A program made the position numbers and the translations under genes. Below the pieces are notes generated by a model. The model had not been told where the DNA came from. It saw only the letters and a program-made list of their open reading frames with translations, and did not search any database. DNA of 64,000 bases from Octopus sinensis (Eukaryota): assembly GCF_006345805.1 (NCBI RefSeq), contig NC_043002.1, positions 27,714,001 to 27,778,000 of the forward strand, read 5' to 3'. Shown in pieces: positions 26,984-40,997 of this stretch. Within the stretch, counting starts at the first letter, position 1; each line of letters opens with the position of its first letter.

Positions 26984-27132
26984 CATGCACGCGTACGTGT
27001 GTAGGAACTTGACTCAGTTTAACCTTGCTTGAAGTTTCGGAGGAGAAAATGTGCACTAATATTTTCAAACTTCAAAGAATCAGTTTGAGGATGCAAACGC
27101 ATATCTGTTCTTATCTACAAATTTTTGAATAA

Positions 27133-28156
27133 CTAGCATTAAAGACCCGTCGTTGCCGGGTCATAGTGCTAGTGCATGTATATATGTGTACATATTACAT
27201 GTACACCTATATATATATACATCTACACATAAAATACAAAATACAAAGTTATATCTCGATATCGCTAGTGATAACAATACTCAAAATATATAACAGACTG
27301 GAACTGTTAGCCCGTCTCTTGTAATTTCGATCAATTGTATCTTGTCCTCCCTCTTGTATAGAAGTGTGGCTACAATCCAGCCTACCTCTACCTCTGGGGG
27401 GATCATTTTAATTTTTTTCCGGGACGTCCTACGTCCCAGATATAGAGGTAAAAGTAAAATATTTCTACTTTGCAAGTTCGAGCCGAGTACTCCCTTGCAC
27501 GCTCCGTTGACTCGAAACTTGCTTCCATTATGGCGAATTTACCGCCTCTGATTAGATACCTTTCATAGTCGCACCAAGACACTTTTCGAAAGTGCTTTCC
27601 TCCGTGTGTTCAAATCTTCTTTTTTCTCTACATTGTATACTTTAGAGAAAATAGTTTTTTCTTTAATTTAATTTTTTATTATCCATCTAAACTATTCCAT
27701 TTCTGCACGCTAATTTTATTCTTAATTTAATTCCCATTCATGTGAAACCACTTATTCAAGTTCAAGTCATTGATGCAATTTTATAGCAATTGCTATTTTT
27801 ACTTTAGTTATTTTACGATTATATTATACTTTAGTTTCATTTTGATTATTACTTACTACATATAATTCAATTGTTATTATTATTTTTATTGTTAAAGTGA
27901 AAGTATCTGACGTAAAATAGAGAAACGTTTTTGTTTCACTTTTAACACGTAATACTGAAATAGTGGAGAAGATATGATATTGCTATGGGCTCGCTCTAAG
28001 CAAGAAGTTGAACATTTTTTTGCCGATGACACTCCCCTGACCCTAAGTAAGGCATGTGTAAACTTTCAATGAAATTGGTTGTGTAGTTCTCAAGTTTTAG
28101 GGAAACACACAGACAGACAGACACACACACACATTCTCAGTTTTATATATATAAAG

Positions 28157-28157
<1 letters not shown>
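27133..28157 (-). mobile_element. Non-autonomous Helitron with both termini
   Basis: Minus strand 5' TC at 28157, hairpin gacccg..cgggtc at 27144-27162, CTAG at 27133-27136, inserted A|T. Confidence 0.75.
27300..27640 (-). pseudogene. Fragment of the ORF1-like family inside the Helitron
   Basis: LLLPLYLGRRTSRKKIKMIPPEVEVGWIVATLLYKREDKI aligns with FLLSYLNRKITRI..IPPNVEAEWIVAAIISGHEDEV at 17650-17775. Confidence 0.7.
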
Positions 28158-28228
<71 letters not shown>

Positions 28229-28419
28229 TATATATATATACATGTGTGTGTGTGTTTATTTACGATTCACAGCGGAAAAGAGTCCACTTGTCAACAATTC
28301 TCCATAAAGCTACGTATTCGTCACACTCACCATTGATTCCCTTCATGGGCGTTTTAAAAGTTACTTATGTGTATGTGCATAGTTTGTCTCTGTGTGTATG
28401 CGTGTGTGTATATATATAC

Positions 28420-28452
<33 letters not shown>

Positions 28453-28477
28453 CATTTATGAAAGTATGTATGCAGCG

Positions 28478-30410
28478 TCGATTCAGGCATCATTCCCCCC
28501 CTGTTTGACTTCACATATTTAAAATCTTAGCTTTTTTTTTTACTGAAGCAAATTTCAAATTTTGTAGCTCAAAATGTAGCCTAGAAGATGACCAATTTCA
28601 AACTGTATAAGCATTATCAAACTTGGTACAAAGCTGAATTGGTGACAAAGTGTAGAATTGTTCGCGAGTGAGTAAATGTTGACCATAAGAATATTATTCA
28701 CACACGGCCGTGTGTGAATGATATTTATAACAATATAGTGTATTCTATGAGGTAGATCTTTGCAAGATACCTAAATACTGAATTGAGTCAAATATTTTGC
28801 AATATTAGTTTCCAATTTTGGCAGAAATCCATCAAATCCGGAGGAGATTGAAGTTGATTACAAAGGCCTTAGCACTCAGCTGATATTCATTTCATCGAGT
28901 ACCGAAAAGATAAAAGGTAAAGACAAACTTCGCTGAATTTGAACTCAGAATGTAGACACAGACAAAACGCCGCGAAGTTTTCTCCTTACTTGTTAGCCAG
29001 CCCGCCACCTCGTGGTCTTCGCAATGTAATGAGTAATAATATTACTGGAAAATTGTTTTACGTACTTTTAGCACATTTAACCTATACAATAACTTTTTTA
29101 TTTTGAATATTATTTTGAAACGACTAGCACCACGACACTCGCCTTAATGAGTTCTGTCATATGAGTTAAACAAGAGCAAAATGTTTTCACAAAAACAAAA
29201 TGATTATGTTTTGAATTTGCTTTTAAGCGTTACCACTGTTTTCAGCACATTTGACCCCAATAGTTTTATTTTTAATTTTTTATATATAATTAGCATCATC
29301 GGATTCCTCTAGGAGAAATCTATCAGAAAAGTTAAATTTACATAAAGTTTTCTTTTGAAAGAAAAATAGTATTTGGAGTCAAATTTGATTTCAGGTCTTA
29401 ATCTTTTTCACGCCGATTTTTACCTTAGTACATTTTTGCTACTGAATATCATTGCATATAACTAACGTGGATAGATTCCTGGTGTCAAGATCTATTATAT
29501 AAGCTACGATAAAATATAGATTTATTTTTTTTTCAATATTTTGACTCAAAGTCGATTTCAGGCGTAATTTTCCCATTCGTGGCCTCACATAATTGACTCA
29601 AACTTTTTTTATATGGAACGAATTTTCACATTCTTGAAATGTAGCTTATGACGTGAACAATCTTCAAATGTAAACATCATCTAATTAGGTTAAAAACCAC
29701 CGAGTTAAGGACAAAGCGTAGATGTGGTCGCGAGTGAGTAAATGTTAACCTTAGGAATATCATTCACACACTACTGTGTGTGAATGATGTTTTTTAAAAA
29801 GCCTAGCACCAAAACACTCGTCGTGATGAGTTCAAAACAAAAACATTTTAGATTCTGAATTTGATTTTAGGCCTTACCTATTTTTTAGGCACATTTGGCC
29901 CCAGAGGTTTTATATTTAATAATTTATTTTGATATGATTGGTATCATCGGATTCTTCTAATAGAGATTTATCAGAAAAATTTAATTTAAAAATAGTTTTC
30001 ATTTGAAATAAGGATATTTGGAGTCAAAGTCGATTTCAGGCGTTAATCTCCTTTCTTTTTGCCGGCTTTTACATCAATACCTTTTTCTACTGAATATCTT
30101 TACATATAACTAACATGGATAGATTCCTGTCGTCGAGATCAATGATATAAGCTAAAATAAAATACAGATTTCTTTATAAAAAAATGTATTTTGACTCAAA
30201 GTCGATTTCAGGCGTTACTGTCCTGTTTTTGGCTTCAAACATTTTACTGGAACTTTTTCTACAGAAGTCTATTTGAAACTTTTGTAGCTGAAAATGTAGC
30301 TTATGATGTGATCAATCTAAAAATGTAAACATCATATAATATGATTAAAAACTGAGTTAGTGGCTACGTTGTGAGTGAGTAAAATGTTGACCTTAAAAAT
30401 ATTACTCTCA
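28478..30410. repeat. Diverged tandem array of a ~650-680-bp unit with Helitron/Helentron-like ends
   Basis: 29122-29800 resembles 29801-30410; partial unit at 28478-28730; units start ctagcacc and end near hairpin attcacacac..gtgtgtgaat. Confidence 0.75.
28810..29010 (-). mobile_element. Degenerate Nin-domain SINE
   Basis: gaatttgaactcagaatgtagac..gccagcccgccacc head plus Nin-like core. Confidence 0.65.
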
Positions 30411-30459
30411 CATTAATAATACAGAGGCGACTAATGGCAGTGTTGAAATAGGAGACACC

Positions 30460-31020
30460 TGTTCGAATCCATTTGTTTGCATAAACGTTTCCACAAACAT
30501 TATGAGACACTTCTTAACCTTAATAAATATGTACTCTCTATTACTCTTAGACACCACAAAATCTTCATGTACTATATGAAAGTTAGATACAGTTACTTGG
30601 CAAAATACGATCGCAAATACTTTACAAGAGTAATGTAAGTGATAGCGCACAGGATCTCCAGCGTGAATGCAATGATAGGTACATAACCAGCATGGTTTCT
30701 CCAAGTAAGAAGTATCTTGGAAAGAACTATGATGTTTTAGGCAATGACAGGATACAGATGATGCAAAGGGGCCTCATAGAAAATACATTCATGTGCCACA
30801 TAGTACATCTTATTTAGACATTGAAAGAAGAGCCATTCCATCTCCTTTTCAAAATTATTTACGAACCGAAAGGAAAATGCAATAACCGACCCTAGTGGCG
30901 GAAAATACAAAATAAATGAAATTAAAATACGAAAACAAAGCTTCTATTACTTGCTCTATCTGTAAAGATCATAAGCAAAACGGAAGAGACTTTTCAATTT
31001 GTCTATATACAAGAGCTTCT
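30460..31020 (+). pseudogene. Degraded PLE linker/GIY-YIG region
   Basis: CSNPFVCINVSTNIMRHFLTLIN and HHKIF..KVRYSYL match the PLE WFNPPF..NV.TNI..FL.LI and HKIFN..KVSYSC motifs. Confidence 0.55.
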
Positions 31021-32198
31021 AACTCCAAACCTTCAAGCATATCCTGTCTCCGTCGCACGCCAGCTAGGTTATCTATTAAACTTCCATATTCTTAACACCC
31101 CCCCCCCTTTCACCATATCTCGTAGCATCAGATGTATTTCTTACGATCTCAACATTTCTATTTATGTTATGGCTCGAATACAATCATTAGGACTGTCTGT
31201 TTCTCTTTAATCGAGAGAAAAGTTTGCTCCACCATATGACAACGAGGTACTATAGAGTAAGGTACATCCCTTAAAAATGCATGTATTCTGAGTGTCGCAG
31301 CCAGAAGAGTAATCTGAATTCTAATCTGCGAGAATAAAACGCACACAACCATTAACACTTTGCATAACATCTGTTTAGGCTACCATAGAATCATATAATG
31401 AGACGTAACCCGGAATTGTTTCTTAGCACTGTACCAGAGTGGGCCAACACCACACAACTCAATAACCAGTCATGTATAGACACGAACTTACAATAATATT
31501 GTCTTCAACTTCAAACATAAAACAGCTTAAACGGCTTACAGTACACAGCAGTAGATGTATATATTACAATTACGCTAAAATTATTTTTATGAATACGTAT
31601 CGCTGAAACATCGCCCGCTCTCCATATATCATATATCCGGGTTATATATATTCATGCCACCATGACTCGACATTTCTATGTTATACATAATAGACATATT
31701 TGACCGTGGGATATAATTTATAACGTGACATAGACTGTTATAATAGCTATGGTATTTCAATGTTGCATTATAAAGCATAATTAAGAATGATCGCTAGAGA
31801 AAAGACATAGACAGAGGCGGAGAGAGGATTTCCTACTTTTTTTTACTCTCTTTCACTTCTTTTTACACCATTTTATTCATTTATATTCTCATTTGTTGAA
31901 GTATGAAGAGAGAAGGGAAAACATACACATACACACATACATACGAACATACACATACATACACATATATACAAGCATACATACTCACACATATAGACAT
32001 AAATGCGCACATACACATACATACATATATATCTATATATAAATGTATTCACCTATACATATATATGTGTATATATGCATGCATACTTGTATGTTTGAAT
32101 GACTGTCTCTAATTGTGTATGTTCATGTACATACACATGTTTATACATCTATACCACACATTCAAGTATACAAGTATGTTTATACACACATACATACA

Positions 32199-32232
<34 letters not shown>

Positions 32233-34089
32233 CATACATACATACATGCATTACATATATATATATACTGGTATCGAGTAATCCGTTTTCTATTACTTAC
32301 TGTAACATATACACAGGTAATGTATGCGTAAATAATACACACAAATATGAATATATATAAAAAGAGAAGGAGGTGGATGAAGAGAGAGAGAGAGAGAGTA
32401 TCAAAACATGTCGGAGTGCACAAGTACAAATCAAGATGGAGTAAACAGTGTTCGAATATCATTTATTGGAGCTGAAAACGTCACACCGAATTCTAAGAAA
32501 CCGCCCAACAGACGGAAACGAACTTCCAGTCCTTCAGAACTAAGTAAATGGATCTGCTATCTTTGGCCAATGATATACAGAGCCATAAAGACATGATGTA
32601 ATTGAAAGTTACACCAGACTTCCGGAATACACCATCGAGAGCAGAGTCAACTAGCATATATAGAAGTTCATGTTCAGAGAAGGAAAATGAAATACAGTGG
32701 AGTTGAACACGTCCGTATATACTGAAGCAAAACTAACACTTTCCTCTATACATAAACATATTACAGAGATTAAGTGTATGTCCATTTGAGAATTTCTACA
32801 ACCTAGCTCAAGGATACCTTTTTCTGGTACTTGACAGACAAAAAATAAGGAACTACTTCACTCATGCAAATATTTTGGGTGTAAAATAGTGGTTAAATGG
32901 ATTTCCCATTGGAGTGGCTTCTCCTTGATACTCAAATCTCTATACAATACACATCAGACTTATTCAGAGACATACTGGCTCACTACGAATGCTATCAACA
33001 ACGTCTGAAAGCTTTATGTATATTTTACTAGAAGCTAAGAGTAATGTCGAAACTGAATTTCCTCTTGCTTATTATTCTGTTAACCTTTTCATACATCTAC
33101 ACTCTCCTTCGCTATTCTTCTCTCTTATTATTTCCCTCCCCACGAGCATACTTAAAACTCACATTCTAAAACAATTTCCTACTTGATGGTATGAGTTGAT
33201 ATCCAGATGAATAGGAATTATGAAATTAAAATTTATTCGTTTTAAATCTGTAGCTGCACCATCATATATAAATAACGGAAGGAGAAAACACTTCGACTAA
33301 TTATAAAATAATTCTTTTTGAAAACAAATAAACTTTTATCTGTGGAAACAAACAATCTTTTCAGAGATTTGTGACCTTTCACATTCAATATCTTTTATGA
33401 TATTTCTAGCGGCAGTATTGAACGAGAATAAGCAAAGATGTAAAACAAACTTGCATACATTCATGAATAAATAAGTTATACAAAATGTTATTTTTTTTCA
33501 TGCTAGATATTTTTGCTTTTATATTCTTTTACTGTTTTATTCTTCTATTTTCAATAATTTCAGTCTTCACAGCGTCGTCAAGAATATATGATGTTGTTAA
33601 ACACCGCTGGTCACCAAGCACATCATAGTATAGTTGTAGCTTTTGAATAATGCATGCCACTCCATTGGATTGGCACGCAAACAGGCATTCCCTGTATGGA
33701 ACACCGGTCCGTCATAAGATGAATGGAGTGCAACATCGGGAAATGAAGTGTTCCCTCAAGAAAAAAATGGACTTCTGGTTTTATTATCGAAGCCACAATT
33801 TTGTAATCGTGTGTGCAACAGCGTAACCGTTAGGCATCGCCATATCACACGCACACACACACACACACACACAAACACACACATGCGCGCACACATACAC
33901 AAATACATACGCACGAACATACACAGAATCACACGCACGTGTGTGTGTATTAAGGAAAAAGAAAAAGAACTAAAACGTTTATGATAAAATTTTATTTAAG
34001 GGATGTTATGTTTATGTAATCACGGAGTTTCACTGTTTTAATTGTATTAAGATTTTGAAATTAATGATGTTATAAGTTTTGTGAAATAG

Positions 34090-34790
34090 AAGTGATATGA
34101 CAATCGGTGCGTGTGCGATCGGTCGGCTGATAGTTGCAGATGACACAGTGCTACTGGGTACATCAGTAGAAGGTGATCCCCAGCAAGCAATGAATAGTTT
34201 CTCTGATGAGGGCTGTGAAACAGGGATGGAAATAAGGGTTGCGAAGACTGAGATATTGATCCTTTTAAGAAAGACTCCCCATTGCATTTTCCATGTTAGT
34301 TGAATATTATGAGATAAATGGAGCAGTCCAAATATTTCAGGGTCACATTCTCGAATGATGGTGAAGCTAGAGTATGAATTCGGTGCTAGAATTGCAGGAG
34401 TCGGCATTGCTGTGCGCGCTTATTCGCGAGCCCCAGTATTCGATAATCACACGATGAGAGGTTGATGGAAAGAAACCACAATATGGTTTGCGTCCTTATC
34501 TTTTCTTTCCCCTATGGTTACAGCACCGGTACTACGAACGTGTGATTAGAATATTACAGAAAAGAATCGCATTACGAATTCTACAAGGCGAGAGACATAA
34601 GTGTAGACCAGAATGAAAAAGATGGATAATTTTAGTCTCCGTTGAGCATGTCTGGGAATCCGGACGGGAAGCTGTATCTGACAGGATACAATAGACGAGG
34701 TGCCTGAGGATTCTATACACACTGGCCTCCCAGGAATTGTGCATTAACAAGATGAATGGATAATTTCATGGCTTCCTGACTGGCTCTTGT
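34090..34790 (+). pseudogene. RTE-clade LINE RT fragment
   Basis: LIVADDTVLL..GMEIRVAKTEIL; KYFRVTFSNDG..EFGARIAG. Confidence 0.75.
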
Positions 34791-35139
34791 AGGCGATGTT
34801 ATAATTTCACATTAGAAGTTGATGACGGCAGGGAAGATGATAAATGGCTGTAATTGAAATTAACTAAGGAATTAATTCATAGAATTTTGATTTTTGCTCG
34901 TTAGTTGTAGAACTAACCGTGATTCTAATAAAAAGTAATTAATTAGATCTCAGTAAAATTAATAATCAATGTTTATTCGATGTGCAGGGCTGTCAGCATA
35001 TGTAATCTATATATCTGCTGTTGTTAAGATGTTTTCTAGCTACATTAATAGGATGAAAATATTCTAAAATTTGGCTCGAGATTTCGATTTTATATAACTT
35101 TGTGATCATCGAGAAATATGACTATCAATAGGGTAATAA

Positions 35140-36182
35140 TAATATTTTCTGTTATGCACTTAAGGCCTGGATTTTGGGGGAAGGATTAAGTCGGCTACAT
35201 CTACTCCAGTGCTCAACTGGTACTTATTTCATCGAACCCGAAAGGATAGAAGCAAAGTCGATCTCGGTGGTATTTGAACTCAGAACAGAAAGACGGACAG
35301 AATATTTATTTCTTTACTGACCACAAGGGGCTAAACACAGAGAGGACAAACAAGGACAGATAAAACGGATTAAGTCGATTATATCGACTCCAGTGCGTAA
35401 CTGGTACTCATTTAGTCGACCCCGAAAGGATAAAAGGCAAAGTCGACCTCGGCGGAATTAGAACTCGGAACGTAGCCGCAGACGAAATACCTATGTTTTT
35501 ACTACCCACAAGGGACTAAACACAGAGGGGACAAGCAAGGACAGACAAATGGAGTAAGCGATTACATCGACCCCAGTGCATAACTGGTACTTAATTTATC
35601 GACCCCTAAAGGATGAAAGGCAAAGTCGACCTCGGAGGAATTTGAACGTAACAGCAACGGAATACTGCTAAGCATTTTGCCCGGCGTGCTGACGTTTCCG
35701 CCAGCTCGCCGCCTTTTAAAAATAGTTCATGAAATGCAAGCTGACTATTTAGCTCTCCTCTCTATCATGATAAGCGATATGGGTAGTAATCCTTTCTATT
35801 ATAGGCGCAAGGCCTGAAATTTGGTGAGAGGGGTTAGTTGATTACATCGATCCCAGTGCTTGACTGGTACTTATTTCATCGACCACGAAAGGATGAAAGT
35901 AAAACTGACCACGGCGGAATTTGAACTCAGAACTTGAATTTGAACTAAGTATTTGGCCCAGCGAGTCTAGGGTAATAATAATAACGATACTTTGAAGTTC
36001 TGGCAGCACAGGCCAACAATTTCGGGAAGATGTTAAGTCTGTCACATCGACCCCAGTACTCAACTGATACTTATTTTATCAACCCGAAGAGGATGAACCG
36101 CAAAGTCCACCACATCGAATTTTGAAATCAGAATGTAATGTCAGACTAAATGGCGCTAACGATTCTACCATCTCGCTGCCTT
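35140..36182 (-). mobile_element. Cluster of five Nin-domain SINE units with two tail types
   Basis: Repeated core aaaggatgaaaggcaaagtcgacctcggcggaatttgaactc; Tx1-type tails at 35305 and 35492; the other tail type at ~35145, ~35790 and ~35990. Confidence 0.85.
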
Positions 36183-36624
36183 TTTTTTGAAAGAGAATTA
36201 ATTCACATCCAATATTTCATTTATTTCCATTTATTTATTTATTTGTTTATTTATTTAATTTTGTTATCAGTGATATAATATATGAATACTATTTCATGTT
36301 TTTTATTTTGTATGTTTACTCTTACAGTTTGAAAGGAATTTTGTTATCATTTCTTCCATTTATTAACAATTCTAATTTTAAAATATTTCTATTTTTATCA
36401 TAATCAAAATATCATGTTACATACATGCATGTGTGTGTGTGTTTGTGTATGTGCGTGCGCTTGTGTGTGTACATGTTAGTGTGTGGGTGTCTCTTTTATA
36501 AGTGTTCACTTTTATTCATATTCAGCTTTATATCGAAATGTTAGTAGATGTTCGTGCATCTGTATACCAAAATATACTTTTGTAGACATCTTTGCACATT
36601 CATGCGTAAATATGAATGTGTGTG

Positions 36625-36681
<57 letters not shown>

Positions 36682-36868
36682 CTTTACAATTTCAAAAATT
36701 TGAGAAGGAAGCGGAAAATAAGGTAACTCGCGAAACTTAATTAGAAAACGTAGGCAACAGAGTTTTATTAGAAACATCAGAACACTTTCACACAGGCTGC
36801 ACGCAACCAACATACATCGAGACGTTAAATTGTGGTACAGGTAATTTATGAACACTCTGTATACATAC

Positions 36869-36924
<56 letters not shown>

Positions 36925-37059
36925 AGTGAAGATTACCAACTTTTTAATGATAAATAATTATTATCTTAACTCTCCATTTTATTTCCTTCATTTAAATGAA
37001 CATGAAGTTTATACATATATGGTGGTTGTCTACTCCGTATACAGAGTTTGACCACCTCC

Positions 37060-37790
37060 TCTACTTACACCTTAGCACCATCATGGCTTCTGACGTGACT
37101 TGGCTTGTTGAACCAGACAATCTTCTGAAAGGGCACCCACGTAGATTGCACTTCTGGAACCATTCCAAAAGAATTTATAGTAGTCCTTATGCCGTCCTTA
37201 AACCTTTTGTTAAGTTTACACTGATGGCGTTTCCACTCTGCAAGCTCACCATAAAACAGCTCTTTCCTCATGTGTTCATCTGCCATTCGAACAGTATGGG
37301 CACACCATCTCAATTGGTTACTCAAAATCATAGCTTTAATTGAGGTGATGTCTGCAGATGCATGGGCATCTGCGTTTGGAGTAAAAGAACTCCATTTAAT
37401 GTTTTAAATGTGATGAAGGCATTTTTGGTGGAATTGTCCTAACAGTTCAAAATGTCTTTCATAACAAGTCCAAATCTCACAGGAATACAACAGGGATAGT
37501 AAGATAAATTATTTGTAAAGAGCCAGTTTTGTATTCTTATTTATATGTCACTAGCACCAAACACGTGACTCCAAGCCACCAAATGCTTCTGCTGCCCTTT
37601 GGATTTGCAGCTGTATTTCTGTATCAAGATTTCCATCATTTTGAACAGTGCTTCCAAGGTAGACAAACGAATCGACAACCTCAAGTAATTTTCAGTAAAC
37701 AAAAAATTTAGGAGGGTTACAAACGGTACCACACGCAGGTTGATGCATTACAACTGTGTTTTTCAAGGTGATGGTCAAGCCAAATTCATC
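37060..37790 (-). pseudogene. RTE-clade LINE C-terminal fragment
   Basis: ILSNQLRWCAHTVRMADEHMRKELFYGELAEWKR..KRFKD. Confidence 0.8.
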
Positions 37791-38349
37791 ACAAGCTGAG
37801 TCAAATGCAGATACAATAACATTTATTTAGTTGTGAATAGGCTGAATAACAATAACACGCACACACACACATATATATATATATATAAATATATGCATAT
37901 ATACATACATATATGTACATACCTACATATATCTGTATATATACATGCATGTATGGGTACAGGACATCAAAAGAACATGAAATACAATGAGAAACGAAAA
38001 CATAAAAACAAAAACATAGACGCGAACTTTTTTTCAAACAACGAAAAAAAACAGAGTACAAAGTACACAACACAAGGAATATTCCCCTTCTTCAGTTGTC
38101 CCTGTTTCATCTACTCCGCGTTACGAAGATATGGACAAGACGCGACTTCGTTGAAACAGTCCTTCCCGCAAAGCAAATTAAATAAAGTTTGGGAATTTTT
38201 GCGGAGGGTAAAAGTGGTAACAAGAACAGGAGAGTAAGAATAAAACAGTAAAAACAATAAAAAAGTAAAAACAGTAAAAGACAGAAAAATGAGAACAAAA
38301 CAGTAAAAACAAACGATGCGAGCTGTTAAGCCAAGATGATGGAAAAACT

Positions 38350-38515
38350 TATTGTGAACGGTCTTCCTTCAGTTTCCGTCCACGAAATCCACTCACAAGG
38401 CTCTGTTTGGCCTGGGGCTGTAGTAGAAGACACAGCTGAAAACTACCACACAGTGGGGTTAAACCGAGAGTCATGTCGTTGGCTTGCAAGTCTCTTTCTG
38501 CTCAGTCACACCTTC
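38350..38515 (-). mobile_element. Degenerate OK-like SINE 5' half
   Basis: ccttcagtttccgtccacgaaatccactcacaaggctc..tagtagaagacac. Confidence 0.7.
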
Positions 38516-38667
38516 AAATACATATAGGCATTGTATCTTCTCTTTATTACTCTTATTATTTCACTATAATAACATATGATATTTATTCACTATTTTGTTA
38601 TTTAGTACCATCTGGGATTAGTGAGAATTCTATTTTATGACTTGCTGTCATTTTTAATAATGATCTG

Positions 38668-38870
38668 CTGGTGAGGTGGCCTAACGGTTAGCATGCTGGG
38701 CAAAATGCAAAGCACTATTTTGTCTGTCTTTACATTCTAAGTTCAAATTCCGCCGAAGTTGTCTGTTCCTTTCATCATTTCGTCGGGATCAATAAAATAA
38801 GTAACCGTTGAGCGATGTGATTGATTTACTTCCTACTCCAAAGTTTCTGTCCTTTTGCCAAATATTGAAA
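38668..38870 (+). mobile_element. Degenerate Nin-domain SINE
   Basis: ggtgaggtggc..gttcaaattccgccgaagtt..cctttcatcatttcg. Confidence 0.65.
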
Positions 38871-39630
38871 CGCATAATTATGTGCTTGCGTATATTCATT
38901 ATTGTTATTGAAACAGTGTACAAGTTTTAAAATAATATTTTGTTCTTCCTATGACTGACGACAGATATAAATACATGGACAGATAGATATACACATAAAA
39001 AGGGGAAGGAAGACAAATATAGAAAAAGAAACCGACAGACACGCAAAGAGGCAAATCACAAGAAGTTTTTCGCATTTCATATGTCAGGACGATTGTCAAT
39101 TTTTAGGTTCCCCGCAGGAGGTCAATGTTTTGAAACGCCTGGAAGCCAAATTATATAATTTCTTTGAATTTAGTTATAACGTGTTTATTTATAACTCATT
39201 TTGATTCTATTTGCTGCATTTTGCAGAAGAAAAGACAATTTTATTCATGTATTATAATGCTATTTTATAAATAGCAGAATGGCAATATAGTTTAATTTTA
39301 AAAATAATCACAGGTTCTCAAAAATACGAATTTCCTTTCGCTGAATATTAGATTTCTGCATCTTCGTGTTATTTATTCTATTAATAGAAATTCTCATAAT
39401 CTTATTTTTCACGTGTAAAATAACAGTTAAATTAAAACTATCTCGGCCACAAATTTGTTACCTTGATGTTTGCAAAATGTCTGCTAAAATTTATGCATCA
39501 GATGAAATTGTTGAACGCTTTTTAAATCCTAAGGAATAAGATGGATGCAAGTGTTCGAATTTTGAAGAAGTTGCTCTTTTCAGCTAAATACCAGCAACGG
39601 TAAACAACCTTCTCCCTGATAATGGATAGT

Positions 39631-39680
<50 letters not shown>

Positions 39681-39681
39681 T

Positions 39682-39724
<43 letters not shown>

Positions 39725-39804
39725 CATAGATACATAGATAGATACATACAAACATACATACATACATACATACACAGATAAATAGATACATACATACACA
39801 GATA

Positions 39805-40788
39805 AGTTTCTTTATTGGCCACACAGGGCTGCACACAGATGGGACAAGTTACAAGGTAGAGCTTTTCTTTTGGGGGATGAAAAAAACAAAAAACAAAAGA
39901 AACAAAAAAAGGAGGGTGGCGTAGGTTTTCGATCAAGTAAAAGGGAAGAAAAGAACAAAAAAAATAAAATTAAAAATTAAAAAAATTGAAATAAAAAAAG
40001 AAGAAAAGGAAAAGGAACAAAAGAAAAGAGAAATGAAAAAAGAAGCAAAAAGGGGAAGAGGAAAAAAAACGATCAATAGGGATCGTGTATCACAGTATTA
40101 TGATATATGGTGTAAATGGGGAAGCAAGTAAGGTTTATCCGTGGGAAGAAAAGCCTTCGAAAAGGACCACGGTAACCTTGGTCAATATTGTTATATGTTA
40201 CCACATTTGTTTGCAAGTGGGTAACCCTCTGTTTTCAAGTTCTGGGTTCATAGGATTATGCTCAAGGTGGCTTCGTCATTCATACGTGCCATCCTTGCTA
40301 CATTCACCCATCTGTTTTTTAAAACATTCGCTAGAAAAAACTTGCTTCTCTACTCTCACTTTCCTTTTCAAGTGGTACTTGAAGAAGTTGATGAGAGATT
40401 GACCAGAGAGGAAAGTGTTTGTCTCCAATCCTTTCAGACGCGTCCACCAGATACATTCTTTCGCCATAGCCACAAGGATGATGAAAATAGCTCTTCCTTC
40501 CCGTTTGAAGGAAGGAGGCGTGACAATATTGACGATAGACTCAGCTGATAAACCGACTCGTCCCACACGTGACAGCAGTTGTTCGACATAAGCCCACAGG
40601 TCGGAAATTGTTGGACACTGCACGAGTGCGTGCAGAACGGTTTCGTCGCTCTGACCGCATCTCGGGCAGGTCGGTCCCGTGTTTCACGAGCCGTGTCTGT
40701 AGAGCTTATCTCGAACGGGTAGCGCTTCTCGGTAGCACTGCCAGGCCAGGGATCTCTGGAAGTTGTCCATGGGCCCTGGCCCGAAAGT
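39805..40788 (-). mobile_element. Tx1/L1-clade LINE, 1-kb 3' fragment in (GATA)n
   Basis: ORF2 end with CPRCGQSDETVLHALVQC zinc finger and AKECIWWTR; near-identical to 46420-46963. Confidence 0.9.
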
Positions 40789-40850
40789 AGGCAGGTAGGC
40801 AGGTACGTAGGTAAATAGAGAGACAGACAGACAGACAGACAGATAGATAT

Positions 40851-40923
<73 letters not shown>

Positions 40924-40924
40924 C

Positions 40925-40963
<39 letters not shown>

Positions 40964-40964
40964 C

Positions 40965-40997
<33 letters not shown>

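Noticed and set aside
34200-34230. CTGATGA..GAAAC motif
   Set aside because: Inside RTE coding sequence, with no stems or cleavage triplet
35140-36182. Regularly spaced repeats suggestive of a CRISPR array
   Set aside because: Eukaryotic SINE units of ~190 bp, no unique spacers and no cas genes
38085-38130. Minus-strand CTGAAGA as part of a type II hammerhead
   Set aside because: GAAA box reads GTAA and no UH triplet or stem I can be placed
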